Shown: positions 9,230-18,000 of the stretch, piece after piece | Layout of the letters: each line of letters opens with the position of its first letter | Numbering within the stretch: the first letter of the stretch is position 1 | Source of the DNA: a virus | Taxonomy: Duplodnaviria > Caudoviricetes | Virus record (IMG/VR): IMGVR_UViG_3300020045_005344 | Span: 1-24,721 of that record | Direction: 5' to 3' (one strand) | DNA length: 24,721 nucleotides | Notes under the pieces: model-generated | Seen by the model: the letters and a program-made list of their open reading frames with translations, nothing else | The model's database searches: none | What the model was told of the DNA's origin: nothing | Program-made: the position numbers and the translations under genes

Positions 9230-10335
9230 ATGTGTTTACGTGAAATCCACTCAGGATGCTCCTGCTGCCACTTGATTGTCTCCCTTAGTGAATCCTCAAA
9301 TGAAACTGGCGACTTCCAGCCCATCTTTTCTAATTTGGTATTATCCAATCCATAATGAGGGTCGTGACCAGGTCGGGTTTGGTGGAAGTTAGTCAGCTTG
9401 TATTTCAGTTCTTTGCCCATTAGCTTGGCTATGAGTTGTGCAAGTTCTAGGTTGTCTAGTTGTTTATCCCCGGCGATGTTGTATCTATCGGGTACATCAG
9501 CTTGCCCCGCTTTGTGCATATACACTGGTTGCTTTAGAATGAACAGTAGTGCATCCGCAGCGTTGCGTGAGTGAATGTAGGAGCGTGAACCTATATCTCC
9601 GTTCTCGTTGCCGTGAATTGTTATCTCCTCTCCAGCAGCGATGGCCTTCTGTATCATCACCGGATATTTGAATGGCTGTTGCATCTCGCCAAAGTTATTC
9701 ATCGTGTTGGTGATAACTACGGGTACGTTGTAAGTCCTCCAGTAAGCTATACAAATCATCTCCTGACATGCCTTAGAAGCTGCATAAGGATTAGATGGTA
9801 CTTGGGGCGCCCACTCTTTATAGCCGTCATCCTTGCCTGTGGTTGGGCCGTATACCTCGTCTGTAGAAAACTGAATAAACTTTTCGGGTTTGGCTTCTTT
9901 GGCGTACTCCAACATGTTTATCATCAGAGCCACGTTGTTGCGTATGAATGAGTCTGGGTTATGTATGCTATCCTCCACGTCCGACAATGATGCAAGGTTT
10001 ATCACGTAGTCTATGTGGCCTATCTTTTCTCTAGTGAGGGGTGATATAGGAGCCGAGATGTCGTGCGTCACCATGTTTAAACGAGGTGCCCAATCTGGGT
10101 GGTCTGCTAGGGTAAGAGCAATCCTGTCTACTAAACCCTTATGTCTAAAGCTCCCTATACCCACCACTTGCCAATCCGTATTGTGCATGATGTGAGCGAA
10201 CACGTGAATTCCGATACTTCCTGCTATTCCTGTTAGTAAAACTCGTTTCGGTTGTTCTTGTTTAGGAGTTTTGTTCCAGTAACTATCGTCCCAAGGATTA
10301 CCAGTTGTTATTAAATTTAAATATGGGTTAGTCAT
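9226..10335 (-). CDS. NDP-glucose 4,6-dehydratase (RmlB/RfbB-like SDR)
   Basis: LLTGIAGSIG, NLASLSDV, FSTDEVYG, PSNPYAASKA, NNFG..Q and RPGHD..Y motifs. Confidence 0.88.
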   Translation of the reverse strand: MTNPYLNLITTGNPWDDSYWNKTPKQEQPKRVLLTGIAGSIGIHVFAHIMHNTDWQVVGIGSFRHKGLVDRIALTLADHPDWAPRLNMVTHDISAPISPLTREKIGHIDYVINLASLSDVEDSIHNPDSFIRNNVALMINMLEYAKEAKPEKFIQFSTDEVYGPTTGKDDGYKEWAPQVPSNPYAASKACQEMICIAYWRTYNVPVVITNTMNNFGEMQQPFKYPVMIQKAIAAGEEITIHGNENGDIGSRSYIHSRNAADALLFILKQPVYMHKAGQADVPDRYNIAGDKQLDNLELAQLIAKLMGKELKYKLTNFHQTRPGHDPHYGLDNTKLEKMGWKSPVSFEDSLRETIKWQQEHPEWISRKHI

Positions 10336-10900
10336 ACTTCTTTCTAATTAAATTATGTTCTGCTAATTTCTCTTCGTCTGTTAAAATGTGGGTCATCTGA
10401 TGGTCGCCGACTCCAATGTTCACCCCTATGCTATCTAAAATTTTAGGTGGACCGTACTCGTCGTACATTCGCCTATAAAGGTCGCAATCTAACAACCACG
10501 ACATTCTTTCATCAAACATCAGTGCGGTGCTTTTACGCATCGTGAGAGCCGAGGGGGAGCCAAGCTTGTTGTTTCCAGTTTCAATGTCGTCCGTCCAGTA
10601 AGGGTGAGGGTTCGTGTCCGCTCCAGTGATGAGCCATTCGTCCATAAATTCAAAGTTGTTCCAGATGTCTTGCAGTGCGTTTGGGTGGGCAAGAAAATCA
10701 TCCATGTATAAAATCTTGACTAGGGTTCCTTCTGCCTTCTTGATTGCGCTGTTGGTGTTTTCTGCCATCTTGCCATCCTCTGTAACCACAAGTTCCCAAT
10801 CTTGAAACGTCTGTGACCTTACAGAGTTCAATGCACGCTCTAAAAAGAACTCTTTGTTCTTCATGTTATGTGTGGGAATACAAACTGAAATCTTAGGCAT
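10328..10900 (-). CDS. GT2-family glycosyltransferase
   Basis: KISVCIPTHN, ALNSVRSQTFQDWELVV, N.AIK.A.G..VKILYMDD and FDE....LLDCDLY motifs. Confidence 0.82.
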   Translation of the reverse strand: MPKISVCIPTHNMKNKEFFLERALNSVRSQTFQDWELVVTEDGKMAENTNSAIKKAEGTLVKILYMDDFLAHPNALQDIWNNFEFMDEWLITGADTNPHPYWTDDIETGNNKLGSPSALTMRKSTALMFDERMSWLLDCDLYRRMYDEYGPPKILDSIGVNIGVGDHQMTHILTDEEKLAEHNLIRKKYD

Positions 10901-11285
10901 CAGATATTCTTTTTCTTAGCGCACTCGTACTAAAGTTGTGTCTTCGGGAAGTGTATATAAGTTTAATTGGTAAATCACTGCCGGTAAAAGGTTTACCTAT
11001 GTAGTCCTCTCCAATAAAGCGTACATCTGGTCGAATCACTTGGAGTAAGTTGATTACATCCTCTTCTGTGTCGTAAGGGATAATTTCATCTACGAATCTA
11101 CATCCTTTGAGCTGTACGTATCTTTCAAATATAGTCTGTACTGGCTTGTTTTTATGGGGGCGGTCAATAGTGGGGTCACTTTGTAAACCTACTGTCAGGT
11201 GGTCGCATTGACTACGTGCTTCCTCTAGCATTGCAATGTGTCCACTATGTAATAAATCGAAAGATGATAAGACTATTCCTCTCAT
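10893..11285 (-). CDS. TagD-like cytidylyltransferase (HxGH nucleotidyltransferase)
   Basis: SFDLLHSGH, LTVGLQSD, ER...L..CRFVDEIIPY and R.HNFSTS motifs. Confidence 0.85.
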   Translation of the reverse strand: MRGIVLSSFDLLHSGHIAMLEEARSQCDHLTVGLQSDPTIDRPHKNKPVQTIFERYVQLKGCRFVDEIIPYDTEEDVINLLQVIRPDVRFIGEDYIGKPFTGSDLPIKLIYTSRRHNFSTSALRKRISDA

Positions 11286-11923
11286 AATATGTTTAAGAGG
11301 TCTGTGGGATTTTTGACCTCAATACACTTCATTACTCCTAATACACTCTCGTCATTGCCCCCTTCTTTAAAGTTGTCGCCATAGTAGATACAGTCTTCTT
11401 TTTTTAATAGATGGAGTTTCATGTAGCGCTTTAAGTTGTCGCCTTTGAGATTACCTTTTCTATTATAGTCTAAACACGTAGTACCCGCAACACGTACCAT
11501 CAGAGTCTTGCTCTTGAAGGGTATCTCTTTAAGGAGTTCGGTTCGGTATCTCCCATTCGGGTCAAATAGCTTCTTCCAGTTTACGTCCGCATCGTGTCCC
11601 GTGAAAGAGAATGAAATCTGGCATCCCCTATTTTGAGTAGTTACTGCATCTACTGGTATATTTGCGTGCCGGGATATTTGATGAAGGTGTTTGTGTATCT
11701 CTAAAATCTCTTTTGGGGTCAGCTTATTATACCAGTCAGGGGCTTCGTTGCCGTTCTGTCCCATTATGATACAAGGCAGTCCGTCCATCTGTTTCTCTAT
11801 ACGTTTCTTTTCACCCCCAGATATGACTATGAAGGTGGGGCGGACACGTAGCTTCTCTTTCATCTCGGGTGAGATTACCTGTCGTGATTCGCAAATCGTG
11901 TTATCCAAATCAAATATTTCCAT
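11282..11923 (-). CDS. HAD-IIB hydrolase, eukaryote-type phosphomannomutase-like
   Basis: FDLDNT (DxDxT), ISGG, NRGCQISFS, AGTTCLD and YYGD.F..GGND motifs. Confidence 0.75.
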   Translation of the reverse strand: MEIFDLDNTICESRQVISPEMKEKLRVRPTFIVISGGEKKRIEKQMDGLPCIIMGQNGNEAPDWYNKLTPKEILEIHKHLHQISRHANIPVDAVTTQNRGCQISFSFTGHDADVNWKKLFDPNGRYRTELLKEIPFKSKTLMVRVAGTTCLDYNRKGNLKGDNLKRYMKLHLLKKEDCIYYGDNFKEGGNDESVLGVMKCIEVKNPTDLLNIL

Positions 11924-12596
11924 TGATGTAATCTATTACGTTTACTTTTGGTACCCAGTTAGGGGTGGTGTTTGGTAATGTTGATTCTCTCTGTTCCTTG
12001 CGGGCTTCTTTAAAAATTACTTTCTTACCCTCGGCGAGCTGTATGAGGTTGGTTGCAATACCACTTCCTAACATATATTCGCCTGCGGGCCATTCTTGGG
12101 CCTTGTAGAGCCCTTCTACGATGTCATCCACGTGCACGTAGTCCCGTGTCTGTAAGCCATCGCCGTAAATGATAACCTCGTCCTTGTCCTTGAAGATGTC
12201 GACCACACTTCTTGGGATACCAAAGATGTTGGGAAAGTAGAGTATCACTGCGTTTTTGTGAAAGCGTTTTAGATACTCGTTACAGGCGAACTTTGAGAAC
12301 CCATAGGGGGACACAGGGTCAAGGGAAGCCCCAGTAGAGGCAAATATTATCTTGGCATTAGGATAGTGGTGGACCAGACGTACTGTAGTCAAAAGATTCT
12401 CCATCGTCCTTACAGGGTCTTTCCACGAGTCTTCAACAGGTGCGTGGGCTGCGAGGTGAAAGATAGTGTCTACGTTGTCGGGTAGCTCACAAGTTATTAA
12501 ATTCTTACCATCCTTGGTATCAACGCCTACAAAATTATCTAGTCGTTTGGCGAGCTTACTACCGATGAATCCTTTGTGTCCTGTTAAGAAGAGCAT
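11910..12596 (-). CDS. NAD-dependent epimerase/dehydratase/reductase (compact extended SDR)
   Basis: LTGHKGFIGS, IFHLAA, SPYGFSK (YxxxK) and IYGDGLQTRDYVHVDD motifs. Start moved to ATG 12596. Confidence 0.85.
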   Translation of the reverse strand: MLFLTGHKGFIGSKLAKRLDNFVGVDTKDGKNLITCELPDNVDTIFHLAAHAPVEDSWKDPVRTMENLLTTVRLVHHYPNAKIIFASTGASLDPVSPYGFSKFACNEYLKRFHKNAVILYFPNIFGIPRSVVDIFKDKDEVIIYGDGLQTRDYVHVDDIVEGLYKAQEWPAGEYMLGSGIATNLIQLAEGKKVIFKEARKEQRESTLPNTTPNWVPKVNVIDYINGNI

Positions 12597-13546
12597 AGGT
12601 CGTTGATTATGTCGTCTAGTGAATACTTGTAATCCCAATTCGGATAGTCCTGGCGAAACTTGGAGATGTCGTGTATGTCCCACACCCTGTCACCCTTACG
12701 AGGCTCGTGGTGTTCATGGATACATGGTTTGCCGAGTTTCTTAGAAATTAGGTTAGCCGCTTCTATAATGGACACGGCTCGGTCTGGTCCGCCACCGAAG
12801 TTGTATACCGCTCCTACTTTAGGATTCATTATGAACTCATAGCAAGCTGAAACTAAGTCATAGGCATGTATCTGGTCTCGCACAGTTTTACCATTGCCGA
12901 ATATCTTGTATGTTATTCCTTCTTTGATACAGCGGGTAAGGTAAGCCAGGAAGCCGTGCAACTCTGCACCTTTGTGATTCCTTCCTGTGATACAGCCTAG
13001 CCGGAAGCAAGCCGTCTTCATTCCGAAATAATTACCATACTCTTGCGTGTATATATCCGAGGCAGTTTTAGAACATCCAAAAGGTGAACGGCAACCAGCG
13101 AAGTCAAGTCCTAGGTCTTCCTTGAATGGAGTTGTGCCTTTCATGTTCTCTCCATAAACCTTATCCGTAGTTATGTTTACAAACACTGCATCAGGACAAT
13201 ACTTACGTGTAGCTTCTAGGAGAATGACTGCGCCCCGTGCATTTATATCAAAATCCTCTAACACGTGGTCTTTGGAATAGTCGTGACTCGGTTGGGCGGC
13301 CGTGTGTAAAATGGCGTCAAATTTAGTTCTATCTCCCGAACTGTAATTATTAAAAAGTGTATCAATGTGAGACTCGTCTCTTATATCAATAGACATACAC
13401 TCGGCATCTTCTGTTCTAATCACTTTAAAAAATTTAGCGCGTTGGTTATTGTCTATCCCTACGACATCCCATCCTTTTTCTTTAAAGAATTTTACTGCTT
13501 CGATACCTACAAGCCCTAAAGAACCTGTTATTAAAATTTTTGCCAT
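12584..13546 (-). CDS. NAD-dependent epimerase, CDP-paratose 2-epimerase (RfbE)-like
   Basis: ILITGSLGLVG, GIDNN.R, HTAAQPSHD, DFDINARG, TDKVYG, SPFGCSK, QEYG..FGMKTACFR.GCITG and G.ELHGFL motifs. Start moved to ATG 13546. Confidence 0.78.
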   Translation of the reverse strand: MAKILITGSLGLVGIEAVKFFKEKGWDVVGIDNNQRAKFFKVIRTEDAECMSIDIRDESHIDTLFNNYSSGDRTKFDAILHTAAQPSHDYSKDHVLEDFDINARGAVILLEATRKYCPDAVFVNITTDKVYGENMKGTTPFKEDLGLDFAGCRSPFGCSKTASDIYTQEYGNYFGMKTACFRLGCITGRNHKGAELHGFLAYLTRCIKEGITYKIFGNGKTVRDQIHAYDLVSACYEFIMNPKVGAVYNFGGGPDRAVSIIEAANLISKKLGKPCIHEHHEPRKGDRVWDIHDISKFRQDYPNWDYKYSLDDIINDLCSS

Positions 13547-14106
13547 GTTTCCGGCAGAGGGATTGTTCGCCCATCTGCAAACCATTGTGAAGGTGCGACT
13601 ACTTTACCTTCACCTAAATACGAAGCCCAGAATGAGAAAGAGGAGTTCGCCATGATGTGAGCCTTACAGCCCATCATCTTATTAAAATCTTCTATTTCGG
13701 TTTTACCAGAGTTGTAGAACAGTCGGTCGTTGGGAATAAACTTACGTAGGAATTCGTGGACTTGAATCCTATCCTCCCCGTCGTCCCCCTGTCGGTCAGC
13801 ACAGAACACCATAAACTTCTCGTTTGGGAACTCGGCCACGGCTCTCTGGTAGTAGTCGGTTGTTGTAAGGTCTATATAATATGGGTTATTTACGTAATCC
13901 CCCCGGCGGACGTGGAGGGACACGTAGTCGGATTTCTCTACACCCTCTTGTAAAATATGTTTGAGTTCTGGGCGGTACTTATCAAAAATTGTGTAGTCTT
14001 GTAAATAAATGTCGGGCAGTTTGCCTTCACGGACTTGGGAATACAGAAATGCAAACTGAAAGAGCCTATTACCCAACCCTCCCATAAAAGTTCTAACGTC
14101 CCGCAT
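13531..14106 (-). CDS. GT11 alpha-1,2-fucosyltransferase-like glycosyltransferase
   Basis: GGLGNRLFQ, SLHVRRGDY, IMANSSFSFWASYL and VVAP..WF motifs. Confidence 0.9.
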   Translation of the reverse strand: MRDVRTFMGGLGNRLFQFAFLYSQVREGKLPDIYLQDYTIFDKYRPELKHILQEGVEKSDYVSLHVRRGDYVNNPYYIDLTTTDYYQRAVAEFPNEKFMVFCADRQGDDGEDRIQVHEFLRKFIPNDRLFYNSGKTEIEDFNKMMGCKAHIMANSSFSFWASYLGEGKVVAPSQWFADGRTIPLPETWQKF

Positions 14107-14815
14107 TTGGAAAATCCTTAGTTATTTGATTCATAAGTTCTTCGTGATGATTTTGTGCATCGTGAATCATTGATTTTTCTTTAGTGCGATAGAGAACCAG
14201 TATCTCCGGTATTGTTTTAATTGTAGCACCTCTACTTAATAAGTCAAACCATAGGTGGTAATCTTCATAGCCAAAGGTCATTCTTGGGCTATATCCTCCA
14301 CACTCTAATAGTTTTGATTTACGAATAGCGGAGCAGTATGGAATACGGTTTGCCTCTATGAAATCTTTAAAACCAGGATTTCGCATTAACACAATATTTG
14401 TTTGCCTGATACCAAATTCTTTAAACGATGGGGCGACTATATCAGGAGGACAAAATCCTTGTACAACTTCACGTATTCTATACACACACATAGGCATTAG
14501 TATGTCATCAGCATCAAGTGGAAAGAACCACTCCCCCTCGGAGTTCATAATACCTGTATTCCTAGCCGAACTTAGTCCTTTATTGACCTGCGAGATAACT
14601 TTTATGTCTTTAAGCTGTCTTCCTTTGCCTGCATTCTTGTCTGCTAAAAACTTGGCTCTATATTCCTTGGCTATCGTAAGAGAATTATCTGTGCTCCCAT
14701 CATCCACAATTATTAACTCTAATTCTCCAGTATAGAATTCTTGATTCAACACAGACTCAATAGCATCTGGTAAAAATTCTGCCTGATTGTAGCTTGAAAT
14801 TGATATTGAAATCAT
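14093..14815 (-). CDS. GT2-family glycosyltransferase
   Basis: SYNQAEFL..AIESVLNQ, IVDDGSTDNS, NKGLSSARNTG, PLDADD, GGY...GYEDY.LW motifs. Confidence 0.9.
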   Translation of the reverse strand: MISISISSYNQAEFLPDAIESVLNQEFYTGELELIIVDDGSTDNSLTIAKEYRAKFLADKNAGKGRQLKDIKVISQVNKGLSSARNTGIMNSEGEWFFPLDADDILMPMCVYRIREVVQGFCPPDIVAPSFKEFGIRQTNIVLMRNPGFKDFIEANRIPYCSAIRKSKLLECGGYSPRMTFGYEDYHLWFDLLSRGATIKTIPEILVLYRTKEKSMIHDAQNHHEELMNQITKDFPNAGR

Positions 14816-15906
14816 TTTCCTAACATCTTATTTAAATGCTCGCCACCCTCTTTTGATAATGAAAACCACTTTGTGACTGTTATGAGCTTAGGGGGATAAG
14901 AGCAACCCCAGACTATCGGCTCGTAGTATTCCTTTATGAGTGAGTCCGGATAGATGTACGAGGGCGACAACACAGTTTCCGGCTCGTGGTCGAGTAGGTA
15001 TCTGTTCCACGCACTCTCGTCATTCCACCTAGGGATGTAGCCTTTGTTTAAGTCTGTCTCGATTATTTTCTTAGTGCCTTTCATAGCTTCGATGAACTTG
15101 TCCGCCTTACCGCCTTGGAAACCTCCTGCATAGTATAGGGGCAGGAATCTTGTCCCTGTAGGTTGGCCATTAGCTGAGCGAGCCACGGGGTCTTGGACGG
15201 TCTTGCCATTTAACTTTATGTACGAAGCAGACTGTGGGTTGGATTCTATCGGTGGGTGGAGTTCCTTGCGTATGTGGTAGCCGGGGTGTACCGCAGCCGT
15301 GATTCCTTCGTTTAATATCTCATCCCCCACCGGAGCCACGAATTTCATATCCACATCACAGTAGAAAATGTAATCAAACTCTTTTAGCTTATCTTCCTCG
15401 CCAAGAAATAGGTTGTAGCGTAATAGTGTCGGGTAGGGCCAGTCTACCATCTCGGTGGGTATTAGGTGTATGTCCTTTTGCGTCTTTAAGTTTACCACAC
15501 CCTCTATGATAGCGGGAGTGTTGACAACCATGTTTCTACCTTCTAGGCCTATTGCCCCTGACGTTATGTCCATGTCCTTAGTATCTATGCCGATTTTAAA
15601 TAGGGCTTCTTTGTATTTACTGACTATCTCCTCTTTGGTATCGGGTATGTCAGTCCAAAAGAAAAACTCTCGCTCGTGGCCGGGTAGGAAGAACTTGCGT
15701 GCCCCTTGTACCATTTCGTTAGCAAACTCCCAATACAGGGGATTTAAGCATATAAAAACAAAAGCAACCTTAAATTTCTTAAGGTCTTTCTGGGTGGACA
15801 TGTAATTAACAAGGTCTAAGTCAAGTGCCATTCGCTGTAAATCAACAGCGTAGCCCTTGGAGTTGTAGAAGTTATTGATTGACCTTAGAAAATCATCCGG
15901 CGGCAT
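14812..15906 (-). CDS. GT6-family glycosyltransferase (ABO blood-group transferase-like alpha-1,3-GalNAc/Gal transferase)
   Basis: FFLPGH....F.WTD, WPYPTLLRY, FDYIFYCDVDM.F, VGDEIL, HPGY, YYAGGFQGG, WNDESAWNRY and LSPSY.YP motifs. Confidence 0.9.
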   Translation of the reverse strand: MPPDDFLRSINNFYNSKGYAVDLQRMALDLDLVNYMSTQKDLKKFKVAFVFICLNPLYWEFANEMVQGARKFFLPGHEREFFFWTDIPDTKEEIVSKYKEALFKIGIDTKDMDITSGAIGLEGRNMVVNTPAIIEGVVNLKTQKDIHLIPTEMVDWPYPTLLRYNLFLGEEDKLKEFDYIFYCDVDMKFVAPVGDEILNEGITAAVHPGYHIRKELHPPIESNPQSASYIKLNGKTVQDPVARSANGQPTGTRFLPLYYAGGFQGGKADKFIEAMKGTKKIIETDLNKGYIPRWNDESAWNRYLLDHEPETVLSPSYIYPDSLIKEYYEPIVWGCSYPPKLITVTKWFSLSKEGGEHLNKMLGK

Positions 15907-15913
15907 TTATATT

Positions 15914-15941
15914 AGTTTACCACTTATATTTTTAATGTCTA
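15914..15941 (-). promoter_or_regulatory. Putative promoter of the glycan operon, probably leaderless
   Basis: TAGACA-16 nt-TAAACT with TG upstream of the -10 (extended -10), 7 nt before the ATG at 15906. Confidence 0.45.
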
Positions 15942-16478
15942 CTCTTCATCGGATAGGAGGGAGAGGCAAATGTCAAAGGCTTTGTCTATACATTCATCTC
16001 CACAGCCAAACTCGTAGCTTTTTTCTTTTGCTTGCCCTATTTTCTCCTTTAGTATATTTAGGGTACGGTCTTTTCCTTCTTTATATGCAACCATTCTAGG
16101 AATTATGGCGAATTTTGCTTCTTCTTCCCCACGCTCATAGGCGGCATCTTCTACTGATTGGATGAATTTCTTTAATGGGTTCCTGTAAAAAGTGTCGGCT
16201 TCTTTCCACCATTTACTTAGAATATCTTGTAGGGCGTTTTTTGCCACTTCATCTGAAAATCCACCGAAGTTACTGACTTTAGGAGCCATTCCATCTAATA
16301 GTTTATCAAAAGCCTTGTCCCAACTTCTAGTCCGCAGAGAGTTAGATTCTTCCCCCTCTATAGACTGTGAGTGGCAGAAATGGGTACAAGGTAATACTAT
16401 TGGTAAATTTCGCCCAGGTATATGAACTAGGCGGTCGTCAAGATTGCACTTTTCACAACATTTTGTTTCTTCCTTCAT
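15939..16478 (-). CDS. Hypothetical phage protein
   Basis: 179-aa ORF, same strand as neighbours, AGGAG upstream, Cys-rich N-terminus. Confidence 0.6.
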   Translation of the reverse strand: MKEETKCCEKCNLDDRLVHIPGRNLPIVLPCTHFCHSQSIEGEESNSLRTRSWDKAFDKLLDGMAPKVSNFGGFSDEVAKNALQDILSKWWKEADTFYRNPLKKFIQSVEDAAYERGEEEAKFAIIPRMVAYKEGKDRTLNILKEKIGQAKEKSYEFGCGDECIDKAFDICLSLLSDEE

Positions 16479-16491
16479 AATTCTTATTCTC

Positions 16492-16659
16492 CTAAAATAA
16501 TGGGTTACTTACTGGATAAGACACTATTACTGGTATGTATATTGGCAGGCTCGCTCGTAGAACTTTCAACTCAAAAAGCTGGCGTTCTAGCCGTTCAATG
16601 TTGGCTAATTTCGCCTCTGCTATTTTTATTTCTAAGTCTATTTCTTGTATCGTTCTCAT
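16492..16659 (-). CDS. Small hypothetical protein (55 aa, coiled-coil-like)
   Basis: Hand-translated MRTIQEIDLEIKIAEAKLANIERLERQLFELK...; AGGAG upstream; fills the gap. Confidence 0.55.
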   Translation of the reverse strand: MRTIQEIDLEIKIAEAKLANIERLERQLFELKVLRASLPIYIPVIVSYPVSNPLF

Positions 16660-16685
16660 ATATTCTCCTATCTTAGTTTAATCCT

Positions 16686-17021
16686 CTAGTGACCTATTTC
16701 ATAAATATTACCAATTACTTCTAAAGTATTTCCTTCAAAACGTGAATGTGCTCCCTTTGAGTGTTTTGGGTTTATGTACCACGCCCCGTGAGGATTCCAA
16801 TAAACATCAAATATTTTGCCTGTCAAAACTCCTTTTACTATATCTCCTTCAAATATTTCCTTGCCGTTTTTGTCTTTGAGGCCTGTATACTGCATTAAAT
16901 TCGGCGTGATTTTACATAGATTGTCTAGTTGAACTTGACCTATACCTGGCACTTGAAAAGCTGGATTATATACCATTCCATTCTTTTCATCATAGGCTCT
17001 AAATTTAATTTCTCGGTTCAT
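16686..17021 (-). CDS. YopX-family phage protein
   Basis: REIKFRAYD, LMQYTGLKDKNGKEIFEGDIV and EVIGNIYE motifs. Confidence 0.92.
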   Translation of the reverse strand: MNREIKFRAYDEKNGMVYNPAFQVPGIGQVQLDNLCKITPNLMQYTGLKDKNGKEIFEGDIVKGVLTGKIFDVYWNPHGAWYINPKHSKGAHSRFEGNTLEVIGNIYEIGH

Positions 17022-17045
17022 CTTTATTATTACTGACTGTGGGGG

Positions 17046-17252
17046 TTAAAAAGTTGCTGTTACATAATGTCTTCCATTAGGGTGGAGGGGGCAAGGTGCT
17101 GACGTGGCTCCATTTCCTTTATACATATCGCAAGTGCACTGAAAAGTAATACTTCCCCCTGCTCCGCTGCTTGCCATAGGACTGCTGAAGTTCGCCTGAT
17201 GGACATAAATATGGATTTCTACTATTTGATTTTTATTTGTTTTCTTTTTCAT
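17046..17252 (-). CDS. Hypothetical protein
   Basis: 68-aa ORF with CTC...CPLH; packed among small genes. Confidence 0.55.
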   Translation of the reverse strand: MKKKTNKNQIVEIHIYVHQANFSSPMASSGAGGSITFQCTCDMYKGNGATSAPCPLHPNGRHYVTATF

Positions 17253-17264
17253 ACTGACTGTTGG

Positions 17265-17588
17265 CTAGGGGGAGAGGGTAGTTGTTCCATTTGCCGTTGT
17301 GGTAAAGTCTCCTCCTACTGAAATTTCTGTTATATTTTGTGGTCTTGGGCGTGTATCTTCTATTAATTCACCATTAAGTTTAAATTCGTAACAAGATTGC
17401 GGGGCTTTGGCGGCAAACTGTAATGCCTCGTCTTGTGTGGCAAATTCGGCTGACTTATTCTCTGTAATAGTCATACAATGATATACCGCACAGTGAAAAC
17501 TAGGATATTCCCCTGTATATGGGTCAGGAACATAGTCAGGACACGCCGTGGGTATTGTTTTATCTACTTTCCAAGTTAATGTATACAT
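17265..17588 (-). CDS. Hypothetical protein
   Basis: 107-aa ORF, collinear with neighbours. Confidence 0.55.
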   Translation of the reverse strand: MYTLTWKVDKTIPTACPDYVPDPYTGEYPSFHCAVYHCMTITENKSAEFATQDEALQFAAKAPQSCYEFKLNGELIEDTRPRPQNITEISVGGDFTTTANGTTTLSP

Positions 17589-17609
17589 TTATTTTCTCTT
17601 TACCCTAAA

Positions 17610-17726
17610 CTAATAATCATCTTCGTCCCAATCTGGTAATGGTATTTTAATTTCACCACTGGCGATTTTCTCGTAGACTTCATTTATCCATGCGACCTTT
17701 TGTTCATCTGTTGGTTCTTCTTTCAT
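17610..17726 (-). CDS. Small acidic hypothetical protein (38 aa)
   Basis: Hand-translated MKEEPTDEQKVAWINEVYEKIASGEIKIPLPDWDEDDY; fills the gap. Confidence 0.45.
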   Translation of the reverse strand: MKEEPTDEQKVAWINEVYEKIASGEIKIPLPDWDEDDY

Positions 17727-17760
17727 CTCTTTACCCTAGCTCCTTTATGGGAGGGGAAGG

Positions 17761-17973
17761 TTACGATTGTAATTTTTCTATTAAACTACGGTTATGCAAA
17801 CATCCTTTACACAGCTCTGGCGAACCAGGTTTCGCACGGCAAGTGTCGCATTCTAAGAATTTATCAGGACTAGGCGGATTTAATATCTCTAAAACTTCCC
17901 TATAATGCATTGCACCCCCATAACTTGATGCATAAGATGCTATGTATTCTATTGCTTTTTGTAACTTCTCCAT
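17761..17973 (-). CDS. Small Cys-rich (possible Zn-binding) protein
   Basis: CDTC-x8-CKGC motif. Confidence 0.55.
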   Translation of the reverse strand: MEKLQKAIEYIASYASSYGGAMHYREVLEILNPPSPDKFLECDTCRAKPGSPELCKGCLHNRSLIEKLQS

Positions 17974-18000
17974 AATTTTTCTTATTACTGATAATGTTGG

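Noticed and set aside
4355-15906. Ordinary chromosomal O-antigen/capsule locus or Gtr seroconversion cassette
   Set aside because: No flippase, polymerase, exporter or priming transferase is present, and the cluster is flanked on both sides by phage genes.
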